Source: Chrysomallon squamiferum
Taxonomy: Eukaryota > Animalia > Mollusca
Assembly: GCA_012295275.1 (NCBI GenBank)
Contig: CM022669.1
Span: 62,001-126,000 of the forward strand
Length of the DNA: 64,000 nt
Reading direction: 5' to 3'
A program made the translations under genes and the position numbers. Within the stretch, counting starts at the first letter, position 1. Each line of letters opens with the position of its first letter. Positions 26,799-40,384 of this stretch are shown in pieces. The notes below the pieces were generated by a model. It worked only from the letters and a program-made list of their open reading frames with translations. It was not told the origin of the DNA and did not search any database.

Positions 26799-26820
26799 AT
26801 TGGTGTATACACGTATAAAA
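26799..26820 (+). promoter_or_regulatory. Inverted CCAAT (ATTGG) plus TATAAAA about 100 bp upstream of the ORF A ATG, in each short array unit
   Basis: ATTGG at 26799-26803 and TATAAAA at 26814-26820; the kB/CRE module lies about 350 bp further upstream. Confidence 0.4.
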
Positions 26821-26915
26821 ACTAACTCACACCGAGGCTTTGCCAGAGAGAGAGAGCGGACCTGTAGCAGACGAGTTTTATGACACTACGTTAATTTAAA
26901 AAAAATATAATAATA

Positions 26916-27062
26916 ATGGAGCTAAAAATAATGAGAACTGTAGTTTGTGCCCTGTAGTTTTTCACCATACTTCTAGTGACTGTTTCGATTGCTTTGAGGG
27001 TTGTTGTGTATCAAAACCGCGGATCACAGACACAGACGGAGCCTATATTGTGCGAAGAGAAG
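26916..27062 (+). pseudogene. Nonsense-mutated ORF A exon 1, repeated in array units 2-7
   Basis: Codon 14 is TAG (26955-26957) versus TTG in the 23002 copy. The intron and exon 2 are deleted, which fuses it to the ORF B leader. Confidence 0.6.
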
Positions 27063-27121
27063 GTGAGTGCAGAAAACAAACTATTAAACGTTGTGTCCTA
27101 TGTTACTAATTTTCCGCCATA

Positions 27122-27346
27122 ATGCTTACTTCGTACAGAATAAAGGTCTTTGTGTTGGTGATTTTTTTTATCAATATCTTTGGAGGAATTGTGTCTGTTG
27201 TTTTATTTATTTTACTGCCGACAAAACAACAAACGCCTGTAGATTATAATTGCGTATTATGTCAGGAATCAACTGCAGTGCTTTTTACAAAAAGGAAGGA
27301 AATGTATCAAACAACTGAATGTATTGGAAAATGCGATTTCAAGAAG
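27122..27346 (+). pseudogene. ORF B copy with open exon but donor changed from GT to GC (likewise 32126 and 34797); copies at 24608, 29617 and 37316 are frameshifted
   Basis: AAGAAG|GCTTTT versus AAGAAG|GTTTTT; T-run length is 8 or 9 in the TM-coding segment. Confidence 0.45.
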
Positions 27347-30300
27347 GCTTTTATTTATAAATTAATAATAATAATAACAATAATAAAAAAATTATCACTT
27401 ACAGACTTATAAGCCGAAATTTATAAAAAAATAAAAATAAAAAAATAAAAAATAATAATAATCCATTATTTCATGTAAAACTAATAAACCAAAAAATAAA
27501 TTAATAATTATTACAAATAACATTAGAAAATAATAATAATTTAAATATGTACTAAGCAATAGCTTTAGGCTTGGGCGTTTCGTTAGAATGTTAATATAAC
27601 ATTTTATTTGGTATGATTTATTTTGTACAGCAATGTAAAAAGATCTACATACAAACATTAAAATACCAGGAGAGCACGAGAAAGTGAAAAACACTATTTC
27701 CATTGTTGTCCTGTAAACATACTGGAATAGCGAATGAAAGGCAATTTGTGATATTAAAATACCGTGGACGTTAATGATGATTTTGAATTGCCAAATAAAG
27801 ATTCAGAATTTTCTTTTTTTAAATCTGTTAATTTTTGTTGAAACTGGAAATCACATCAGCCGACCATGAATACAAACACTGAAACACAATCACCTGTGTA
27901 AATAATGTTCAAGTTCATATTTATTTTAAATTAAAACATTAAAAGCATTGCAATATATAAATAAATAGTTTTGTTTTATTCCTCAACATAATTTAGCATT
28001 TAAAAAATCATATGCCGATACCATTGCGAGATACTGTGTCGTAGATGATTTTAAACGGTAACTGTAAGGTTAAAAATATTGCAAAGAATACAGACTCGGA
28101 TGATCCCTGCAGATGTATATTGTCACATTTTTCTAATCTTCATTTGTACTGTTTCCTTCCAGGCTTCTTTGCACCTTGTTACTAAATGTTTACGCATGTT
28201 TATTATCAGAAAGAGCAAAAAAAAAATAATAATAATAATAATACCAAGATATCTTTGATATCACTGATGTTTTGTACAAAGTTGTTTTTTCAAAATCTAT
28301 TGCTGAAACAGTGATTCATATCAGTCAATTGGCAACATTAACACTGAATATCTCATACAGTTTCAAACCAGCTGTCATGGGGATTGCCCATAGCTGCAAG
28401 TATATCTGTCTCAGGCAGGTTGCTACCCGAGTTAGCTTGGCTCTTAGTTATCATTCGGCATAAATGTTCTCATATGATGAAATATAATGTTGAAATAATT
28501 ATATTAGGTATTTGACAAAAGCATTTACAGTTTTCATTTTGTTTGTTTTGTGGTTGTTATTTTCTAAAGAGTTGTTGTTCTTATTAATAACACTATTATT
28601 ATTTAATTTCTTTTTCGTTTTCATTTTTTTAAGTTGGTTATAGTAATGAAATTTGGTAGACTTGTTGCTTATTTCTTTAAAGTAAATAAATAAAATAATA
28701 ATGTTTAATCTAGTTTTAATAATTTTAAAATTTGTTTATTCATTGATCCAATATTAAAAGAAAACAAAAAAGTAATAATAATAATAAATGTTTATTAATG
28801 TAAAGTGATGTTTCTTCCCTGTACACACAGTTTCAACAAGTCAAGTGCAGATTGCTTATTTTAATGAGATATTTATTGTAAGTATACACCATGTATATAA
28901 TAATAAGTGGTATATTTTATCGCATGACGTAAAATGTAAAAGAATTCCATAGGGGAATCCCCGACGGAAAAACCTATTTCTGAAATAGCTTCCTAAAAAC
29001 GAATCCACGTAATTTCCATCTGCTAATCGATTGATTCATTGTAGTCACGGAAAACAATAATACAACTGGCTTGTTTGGAATTAAAATGCTTAAAAAAAAA
29101 AAAATCAATAAAATGAAATAAAATTAATAAAAATAAAAATGAAGATGTAAAGAAAATAAATAAATTAATAAATAACACTAAATAAAACACTTGTTTCTTT
29201 CTTCCAAACAGAGGACGCTCCCGTTTTACTAACTAATGTATAAGTAATTTACGTAGTATCTTGAACCTTGAACCTTGACAAAAATTAACGTGCTGTGATT
29301 GGTGTATACACGTATAAAAACTAACTCACACCGAGGCTTTGCCAGAGAGAGCGGACCTGTAGCAGACGAGTTTTATGACACTACGTTAATTTAAAAAAAA
29401 TATAATAATAATGGAGCTAAAAATAATGAGAACTGTAGTTTGTGCCCTGTAGTTTTTCACCATACTTCTAGTGACTGTTTCGATTGCTTTGAGGGTTGTT
29501 GTGTATCAAAACCACGGATCACAGACACAGACAGAGACTATATTGTGCGAAGAGAAGGTGAGTGCAGAAAACAAACTATTAAACGTTGTGTCCTATGTTA
29601 CTAATTCTCCGCCATAATGCTTACTTCGTACAGAATAAAGGTCTTTGTGTTGGTGATTTTTTTTTATCAATATCTTTGGAGGAATTGTGTCTGTTGTTTT
29701 ATTTATTTTACTGTCGACAAAACAACAAACGCCTGTAGATTATAATTGCGTATTATGTCAGGAATCAACTGCAGTGCTTTTTACAAAAAGGAAGGAAATG
29801 TATCAAACAACTGAATGTATTGGAAAATGCGATTTCAAGAAGGCTTTTATTTATAAATTAATAATAATAATAACAATAATAAAAAAATTATCACTTACAG
29901 ACTTATAAGCCGAAATTTATAAAAAAATAAAAATAAAAAAATAAAAAATAATAATAATCCATTATTTCATGTAAAACTAATAAACCAAAAAATAAATTAA
30001 TAATTATTACAAATAACATTAGAAAATAATAATAATTTAAATATGTACTAAGCAATAGCTTTAGGCTTGGGCGTTTCGTTAGAATGTTAATATAACATTT
30101 TATTTGGTATGATTTATTTTGTACAGCAATGTAAAAAGATCTACATACAAACATTAAAATACCAGGAGAGCACGAGAAAGTGAAAAACACTATTTCCATT
30201 GTTGTCCTGTAAACATACTGGAATAGCGAATGAAAGGCAATTTGTGATATTAAAATACCGTGGACGTTAATGATGATTTTGAATTGCCAAATAAAGATTC

Positions 30301-33300
30301 AGAATTTTCTTTTTTAAATCTGTTAATTTTTGTTGAAACTGGAAATCACATCAGCCGACCATGAATACAAACACTGAAACACAATCACCAGTGTAAATAA
30401 TGTTCAAGTTCATATTTATTTTAAATTAAAACATTAAAAGCATTGCAATATATAAATAAATAGTTTTGTTTTATTCCTCAACATAATTTAGCATTTAAAA
30501 AATCATATGCCGATACCATTGCGAGATACTGTGTCGTAGATGATTTTAAACGGTAACTGTAAGGTTAAAAATATTGCAAAGAATACAGACTCGGATGATC
30601 CCTGCAGATGTATATTGTCACATTTTTCTAATCTTCATTTGTACTGTTTCCTTCCAGGCTTCTTTGCACCTTGTTACTAAATGTTTACGCATGTTTATCA
30701 TCAGAAAGAGCAAAAAAAAAATAATAATAATAATAATAATAATACCAAGATATCTTTGATATCACTGATGTTTTGTACAAAGTTGTTTTTTCAAAATCTA
30801 TTTTGAAACAGTGATTCATATCAGTCAATTGGCAACATTAACACTGAATATCTCATACAGTTTCAAACCAGCTGTCATGGGGATTGCCCATAGCTGCAAG
30901 TATATCTGTCTCAGGCAGGTTGCTACCCGAGTTAGCTTGGCTCTTAGTTATCATTCGGCATAAATGTTCTCATATGATGAAATATAATGTTGAAATAATT
31001 ATATTAGGTATTTGACAAAAGCATTTACAGTTTTCATTTTGTTTGTTTTGTGGTTGTTATTTTCTAAAGAGTTGTTGTTCTTATTAATAACACTATTATT
31101 ATTTAATTTCTTTTTCGTTTTCATTTTTAAGTTGGTTATAGTAATGAAATTTGGTAGACTTGTTGCTTATTTCTTTAAAAAGTAAATAAATAAAATAATA
31201 ATGTTTAATCTAGTTTTAATAATTTTAAAATTTGTTTATTCATTGATCCAATATTAAAAGAAAACAAAAAAGTAATAATAATAATAAATGTTTATTAATG
31301 TAAAGTGATGTTTCTTCCCTGTACACACAGTTTCAACAAGTCAAGTGCAGATTGCTTATTTTAATGAGATATTTATTGTAAGTATACACCATGTATATAA
31401 TAATAAGTGGTATATTTTATCGCATGACGTAAAATGTAAAAGAATTCCATAGGGGAATCCCCGACGGAAAAACCTATTTCTGAAATAGCTTCCTAAAAAC
31501 GAATCCACGTAATTTCCATCTGCTAATCGATTGATTCATTGTAGTCACGGAAAAACAATAATACAACTGGCTTGTTTGGAATTAAAATGCTTAAAAAAAA
31601 AAAAAAAAAAAATCAATAAAATGAAATAAAATTAATAAAAATAAAAATGAAGATGTAAAGAAAATAAATAAATTAATAAATAACACTAAATAAAACACTT
31701 GTTTCTTTCTTCCAAACAGAGGACGCTCCCGTTTTACTAACTAATGTATAAGTAATTTACGTAGTATCTTGAACCTTGAACCTTGACAAAAATTAACGTG
31801 CTGTGATTGGTGTATACACGTATAAAAAAACTAACTCACACCGAGGCTTTGCCAGAGAGAGCGGACCTGTAGCAGACGAGTTTTATGACACTACGTTAAT
31901 TTAAAAAAATATAATAATAATGGAGCTAAAAATAATGAGAACTGTAGTTTGTGCCCTGTAGTTTTTCACCATACTTCTAGTGACTGTTTCGATTGCTTTG
32001 AGGGTTGTTGTGTATCAAAACCACGGATCACAGACACAGACAGAGACTATATTGTGCGAAGAGAAGGTGAGTGCAGAAAACAAACTATTAAACGTTGTGT
32101 CCTATGTTACTAATTTTCCGCCATAATGCTTACTTCGTACAGAATAAAGGTCTTTGTGTTGGTGATTTTTTTTATCAATATCTTTGGAGGAATTGTGTCT
32201 GTTGTTTTATTTATTTTACTGTCGACAAAACAACATACGCCTGTAGATTATAATTGCGTATTATGTCAGGAATCAACTGCAGTGCTTTTTACAAAAAGGA
32301 AGGAAATGTATCAAACAACTGAATGTATTGGAAAATGCGATTTCAAGAAGGCTTTTATTTATAAATTAATAATAATAATAACAATAATAAAAAAATTATC
32401 ACTTACAGACTTATAAGCCGAAATTTATAAAAAAATAAAAATAAAAAAATAAAAAATAATAATAATCCATTATTTCATGTAAAACTAATAAACCAAAAAA
32501 TAAATTAATAATTATTACAAATAACATTAGAAAATAATAATAATTTAAATATGTACTAAGCAATAGCTTTAGGCTTGGGCGTTTCGTTAGAATGTTAATA
32601 TAACATTTTATTTGGTATGATTTATTTTGTACAGCAATGTAAAAAGATCTACATACAAACATTAAAAATACCAGGAGAGCACGAGAAAGTGAAAAACACT
32701 ATTTCCATTGTTGTCCTGTAAACATACTGGAATAGCGAATGAAAGGCAATTTGTGATATTAAAATACCGTGGACGTTAATGATGATTTTGAATTGCCAAA
32801 TAAAGATTCAGAATTTTCTTTTTAAATCTGTTAATTTTGTTGAAACTGGAAATCACATCAGCCGACCATGAATACAAACACTGAAACACAATCACCTGTG
32901 TAAATAATGTTCAAGTTCATATTTATTTTAAATTAAAACATTAAAAGCATTGCAATATATAAATAAATAGTTTTGTTTTATTCCTCAACATAATTTAGCA
33001 TTTAAAAAATCATATGCCGATACCATTGCGAGATACTGTGTCGTAGATGATTTTAAACGGTAACTGTAAGGTTAAAAATATTGCAAAGAATACAGACTCG
33101 GATGATCCCTGCAGATGTATATTGTCACATTTTTCTAATCTTCATTTGTACTGTTTCCTTCCAGGCTTCTTTGCACCTTGTTACTAAATGTTTACGCATG
33201 TTTATCATCAGAAAGAGCAAAAAAAAAAATAATAATAATAATAATAATAATACCAAGATATCTTTGATATCACTGATGTTTTGTACAAAGTTGTTTTTTC

Positions 33301-33846
33301 AAAATCTATTGTGAAACAGTGATTCATATCAGTCAATTGGCAACATTAACACTGAATATCTCATACAGTTTCAAACCAGCTGTCATGGGGATTGCCCATA
33401 GCTGCAAGTATATCTGTCTCAGGCAGGTTGCTACCCGAGTTAGCTTGGCTCTTAGTTATCATTCGGCATAAATGTTCTCATATGATGAAATATAATGTTG
33501 AAATAATTATATTAGGTATTTGACAAAAGCATTTACAGTTTTCATTTTGTTTGTTTTGTGGTTGTTATTTTCTAAAGAGTTGTTGTTCTTATTAATAACA
33601 CTATTATTATTTAATTTCTTTTTCGTTTTCATTTTTAAGTTGGTTATAGTAATGAAATTTGGTAGACTTGTTGCTTATTTCTTTAAAGTAAATAAATAAA
33701 ATAATAATGTTTAATCTAGTTTTAATAATTTTAAAATTTGTTTATTCATTGATCCAATATTAAAAGAAAACAAAAAAGTAATAATAATAATAAATGTTTA
33801 TTAATGTAAAGTGATGTTTCTTCCCTGTACACACAGTTTCAACAAG

Positions 33847-34194
33847 TCAAGTGCAGATTGCTTATTTTAATGAGATATTTATTGTAAGTATACACCATGT
33901 ATATAATAATAAGTGGTATATTTTATCGCATGACGTAAAATGTAAAAGAATTCCATAGGGGAATCCCCGACGGAAAAACCTATTTCTGAAATAGCTTCCT
34001 AAAAACGAATCCACGTAATTTCAAGTGCAGATTGCTTATTTTAATGAGATATTTATTGTAAGTATACACCATGTATATAATAATAAGTGGTATATTTTAT
34101 CGCATGACGTAAAATGTAAAAGAATTCCATAGGGGAATCCCCGACGGAAAAACCTATTTCTGAAATAGCTTCCTAAAAACGAATCCACGTAATT
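33847..34194 (+). repeat. 174-bp direct tandem duplication inside one array unit
   Basis: 33847-34020 is repeated at 34021-34194, which explains the 2671-bp period. Confidence 0.93.
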
Positions 34195-37100
34195 TCCATC
34201 TGCTAATCGATTGATTCATTGTAGTCACGGAAAACAATAATACAACTGGCTTGTTTGGAATTAAAATGCTTAAAAAAAAAAAAATCAATAAAATGAAATA
34301 AAATTAATAAAAATAAAAATGAAGATGTAAAGAAAATAAATAAATTAATAAATAACACTAAATAAAACACTTGTTTCTTTCTTCCAAACAGAGGACGCAC
34401 CCGTTTTACTAACTAATGTATAAGTAATTTACGTAGTATCTTGAACCTTGAACCTTGACAAAAATTAACGTGCTGTGATTGGTGTATACACGTATAAAAA
34501 CTAACTCACACCGAGGCTTTGCCAGAGAGAGCGGACCTGTAGCAGACGAGTTTTATGACACTACGTTAATTTAAAAAATATATAATAATAATGGAGCTAA
34601 AAATAATGAGAACTGTAGTTTGTGCCCTGTAGTTTTTCACCATACTTCTAGTGACTGTTTCGATTGCTTTGAGGGTTGTTGTGTATCAAAACCGCGGATC
34701 ACAGACACAGACAGAGACTATATTGTGCGAAGAGAAGGTGAGTGCAGAAAACAAACTATTAAACGTTGTGTCCTATGTTACTAATTTTCCGCCATAATGC
34801 TTACTTCGTACAGAATAAAGGTCTTTGTGTTGGTGATTTTTTTTATCAATATCTTTGGAGGAATTGTGTCTGTTGTTTTATTTATTTTACTGTCGACAAA
34901 ACAACATACGCCTGTAGATTATAATTGCGTATTATGTCAGGAATCAACTGCAGTGCTTTTTACAAAAAGGAAGGAAATGTATCAAACAACTGAATGTATT
35001 GGAAAATGCGATTTCAAGAAGGCTTTTATTTATAAATTAATAATAATAATAACAATAATAAAAAATTATCACTTACAGACTTATAAGCCGAAATTTATAA
35101 AAAATAAAAATAAAAAAATAAAAAATAATAATAATCCATTATTTCATGTAAAACTAATAAACCAAAAAATAAATTAATAATTATTACAAATAACATTAGA
35201 AAATAATAATAATTTAAATATGTACTAAGCAATAGCTTTAGGCTTGGGCGTTTCGTTAGAATGTTAATATAACATTTTATTTGGTATGATTTATTTTGTA
35301 CAGCAATGTAAAAAGATCTACATACAAACATTAAAATACCAGGAGAGCACGAGAAAGTGAAAAACACTATTTCCATTGTTGTCCTGTAAACATACTGGAA
35401 TAGCGAATGAAAGGCAATTTGTGATATTAAAATACCGTGGACGTTAATGATGATTTTGAATTGCCAAATAAAGATTCAGAATTTTCTTTTTTTAAATCTG
35501 TTAATTTTTGTTGAAACTGGAAATCACATCAGCCGACCATGAATACAAACACTGAAACACAATCACCAGTGTAAATAATGTTCAAGTTCATATTTATTTT
35601 AAATTAAAACATTAAAAGCATTGCAATATATAAATAAATAGTTTTGTTTTATTCCTCAACATAATTTAGCATTTAAAAAATCATATGCCGATACCATTGC
35701 GAGATACTGTGTCGTAGATGATTTTAAACGGTAACTGTAAGGTTAAAAATATTGCAAAGAATACAGACTCGGATGATCCCTGCAGATGTATATTGTCACA
35801 TTTTTCTAATCTTCATTTGTACTGTTTCCTTCCAGGCTTCTTTGCACCTTGTTACTAAATGTTTACGCATGTTTATCATCAGAAAGAGCAAAAAAAAAAA
35901 ATAATAATAATAATAATAATAATACCAAGATATCTTTGATATCACTGATGTTTTGTACAAAGTTGTTTTTTCAAAATCTATTGTGAAACAGTGATTCATA
36001 TCAGTCAATTGGCAACATTAACACTGAATATCTCATACAGTTTCAAACCAGCTGTCATGGGGATTGCCCATAGCTGCAAGTATATCTGTCTCAGGCAGGT
36101 TGCTACCCGAGTTAGCTTGGCTCTTAGTTATCATTCGGCATAAATGTTCTCATATGATGAAATATAATGTTGAAATAATTATATTAGGTATTTGACAAAA
36201 GCATTTACAGTTTTCATTTTGTTTGTTTTGTGGTTGTTATTTTCTAAAGAGTTGTTGTTCTTATTAATAACACTATTATTATTTAATTTCTTTTTCGTTT
36301 TCATTTTTAAGTTGGTTATAGTAATGAAATTTGGTAGACTTGTTGCTTATTTCTTTAAAAGTAAATAAATAAAATAATAATGTTTAATCTAGTTTTAATA
36401 ATTTTAAAATTTGTTTATTCATTGATCCAATATTAAAAGAAAACAAAAAGTAATAATAATAATAAATGTTTATTAATGTAAAGTGATGTTTCTTCCCTGT
36501 ACACACAGTTTCAACAAGTCAAGTGCAGATTGCTTATTTTAATGAGATATTTATTGTAAGTATACACCATGTATATAATAATAAGTGGTATATTTTATCG
36601 CATGACGTAAAATGTAAAAAAATTCCATAGGGGAATCCCCGACGGAAAAACCTATTTCTGAAATAGCTTCCTAAAAACGAATCCACGTAATTTCCATCTG
36701 CTAATCGATTGATTCATTGTAGTCACGGAAAACAATAATACAACTGGCTTGTTTGGAATTAAAATTCTTAAAAAACAAAAAAAAAAAATGCTTAAAAAAA
36801 AAAATAATAAAATGAAATAAAATTAATAAAAATAAAAATGAAGATGTAAAGAAAATAAATAAATTAATAAATATCACTAAATAAAACACTTGTTTCTTTC
36901 TTCCAAACAGAGGACACACCCGTTTTACTAACTAATGTATAAGTAATTTACGTAGTATCTTGAACCTTGAACCTTGACAAAAATTAACGTGCTGTGATTG
37001 GTGTATACACGTATAAAAACTAACTCACACCGAGGCTTTGCCAGAGAGAGCGGACCTGTAGCAGACGAGTTTTATGACACTACGTTAATTTAAAAAAAAT

Positions 37101-39818
37101 ATAATAATAATGGAGCTAAAAATAATGAGAACTGTAGTTTGTGCCCTGTAGTTTTTCACCATACTTCTAGTGACTGTTTCGATTGCTTTGAGGGTTGTTG
37201 TGTATCAAAACCGCGGATCACAGACACAGACGGAGCCTATATTGTGCGAAGAGAAGGTGAGTGCAGAAAACAAACTATTAAACGTTGTGTCCTATGTTAC
37301 TAATTTTCCGCCATAATGCTTACTTCGTACAGAATAAAGGTTTTGTGTTGGTGATGATTTTTTTATCAATATCTTTGGAGGAATTGTGTCTGTTGTTTTA
37401 TTTATTTTACTGTCGACAAAACAACAAACGCCTGTAGATTATAATTGCGTATTATGTCAGGAATCAACTGCAGTGCTTTTTACAAAAAGGAAGGAAATGT
37501 ATCAAACAACTGAATGTATTGGAAAATGCGATTTCAAGAAGGTTTTATTTATAAATTAATAATAATAATAACAATAATAAAAAATTATCACTTACAGACT
37601 TATAAGCCGAAATTTATAAAAAATAAAAATAAAAAAATAAAAAATAATAATAATCCATTATTTCATGTAAAACTAATAAACCAAAAAATAAATTAATAAT
37701 TATTACAAATAACATTAGAAAATAATAATAATTTAAATATGTACTAAGCAATAGCTTTAGGCTTGGGCGTTTCGTTAGAATGTTAATATAACATTTTATT
37801 TGGTATGATTTATTTTGTACAGCAATGTAAAAAGATCTACATACAAACATTAAAATACCAGGAGAGCACGAGAAAGTGAAAAACACTATTTCCATTGTTG
37901 TCCTGTAAACATACTGGAATAGCGAATGAAAGGCAATTTGTGATACTAAAATACCGTGGACGTTAATGATGATTTTGAATTGCCAAATAAAGATTCAGAA
38001 TTTTCTTTTTTTAAATCTGTTAATTTTTGTTGAAACTGGAAATCACATCAGCCGACCATGAATACAAACACTGAAACACAATCACCACTGTAAATAATGT
38101 TCAAGTTCATATTTATTTTAAATTAAAACATTAAAAGCATTGCAATATATAAATAAATAGTTTTGTTTTATTCCTCAACATAATTTAGCATTTAAAATAT
38201 CATATGCCGATACCATTGCGAGATACTGTGTCGTAGATGATTTTAAACGGTAACTGTAAGGTTAAAAATATTGCAAAGAATACAGACTCGGATGATCCCT
38301 GCAGATGTATATTGTCACATTTTTCTAATCTTCATTTGTACTGTTTCCTTCCAGGCTTCTTTGCACCTTGTTACTAAATGTTTACGCATGTTTATCATCA
38401 GAAAGAGCAAAAAAAAAATAATAATAATAATAATACCAAGATATCTTTGATATCACTGATGTTTTGTACAAAGTTGTTTTTTCAAAATCTATTGTGAAAC
38501 AGTGATTCATATCAGTCAATTGGCAACATTAACACTGAATATCTCATACAGTTTCAAACCAGCTGTCATGGGGATTGCCCATAGCTGCAAGTATATCTGT
38601 CTCAGGCAGGTTGCTACCCGAGTTAGCTTGGCTCTTAGTTATCATTCGGCATAAATGTTCTCATATGATGAAATATAATGTTGAAATAATTATATTAGGT
38701 ATTTGACAAAAGCATTTACAGTTTTCATTTTGTTTGTTTTGTGGTTGTTATTTTCTAAAGAGTTGTTGTTCTTATTAATAACACTATTATTATTTAATTT
38801 CTTTTTTTTCGTTTTCATTTTTAAGTTGGTTATAGTAATGAAATTTGGTAGACTTGTTGCTTATTTCTTTAAAGTAAATAAATAAAATAATAATGTTTAA
38901 TCTAGTTTTAATAATTTTAAAATTTGTTTATTCATTGATCCAATATTAAAAGAAAACAAAAAGTAATAATAATAATAAATGTTTATTAATGTAAAGTGAT
39001 GTTTCTTCCCTGTACACACAGTTTCAACAAGTCAAGCGCAGATTGCTTATTTTAATGAGATATTTATTGTAAGTATACACCATGTATATAATAATAAGTG
39101 GTATATTTTATCGCATGACGTAAAATGTAAAAAAATTCCATAGGGGAATCCCCGACGGAAAAACCTATTTCTGAAATAGCTTCCTAAAAACGAATCCACG
39201 TAATTTCCATCTGCTAATCGATTGATTCATTGTAGTCACGGAAAACAATAATACAACTGGCTTGTTTGGAATTAAAATGCTTAAAAAAAAAAAAAAAAAA
39301 AAAATCAATAAAATGAAATAAAATTAATAAAAATAAAAATGAAGATGTAAAGAAAATAAATAAATTAATAAATAACACTAAATAAAACACTTGTTTCTTT
39401 CTTCCAAACAGAGGACACACCTCCCGTTTTACTAACTAATGTATAAGTAATTTACGTAGTATCTTGAACCTTGAACCTTGACAAAAATTAACGTGCTGTG
39501 ATTGGTGTATACACGTATAAAAACTAACTCACACCGAGGCTTTGCCAGAGAGAGCGGACCTGTAGCAGACGAGTTTTATGACACTACGTTAATTTAAAAA
39601 AATATAATAATAATGGAGCTAAAAATAATGAGAACTGTAGTTTGTGCCCTGTAGTTTTTCACCATACTTCTAGTGACTGTTTCGATTGCTTTGAGGGTTG
39701 TTGTGTATCAAAACCACGGATCACAGACACAGACAGAGACTATATTGTGCGAAGAGAAGGTGAGTGCAGAAAACAAACTATTAAACGTTGTGTCCTATGT
39801 TACTAATTTTCCGCCATA

Positions 39819-40384
39819 ATGCTTACTTCGTACAGAATAAAGGTTTTTGTGTTGGTGATTTTTTTTATCAATATCTTTGGAGGAATTGTGTCTGTTGTTT
39901 TATTTATTTTACTGTCGACAAAACAACAAACGCCTGTAGATTATAATTGCGTATTATGTCAGGAATCAACTGCAGTGCTTTTTGCAAAAAGGAAGGAAAT
40001 TAATCAAACAACTGAATGTATTGGAAAATGCGATTTCAAGAAGGTTTTTATTTATAAATTAATAATAATAATAACAATAATAAAAAAATTATCACTTACA
40101 GACTTATAAGCCGAAATTTATAAAAAAATAAAAATAAAAAAATAAAAAATAATAATAATCCATTATTTCATGTAAAACTAATAAACCAAAAAATAAATTA
40201 ATAATTATTACAAATAACATTAGAAAATAATAATAATTTAAATATGTACTAAGCAATAGCTTTAGGCTTGGGCGTTTCGTTAAAATGTTAATATAACATT
40301 TTATTTGGTATGATTTATTTTGTACAGCAATGTAAAAAGATCTACATACAAACATTAAAATACCAGGAGAGCACGAGAAAGTGA
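39819..40384 (+). CDS. ORF B, best-preserved copy: type-II membrane Cys-containing protein; exon 39819-40043 (75 aa) with possible next exon 40328-40384 (93 aa total)
   Basis: MLTSYRIKVFVLVIFFINIFGGIVSVVLFILL (TM)...NCVLCQE...ECIGKCDFKK|GT. The putative acceptor TTTTGTACAG at 40327 leads to QCKKIYIQTLKYQESTRK*. Confidence 0.45.

Noticed and set aside
27407-27703. Recurrent minus-strand hydrophobic ORF in array units
   Set aside because: Recurs only because the unit is repeated; it derives from A-rich low-complexity sequence and has no supporting signals.
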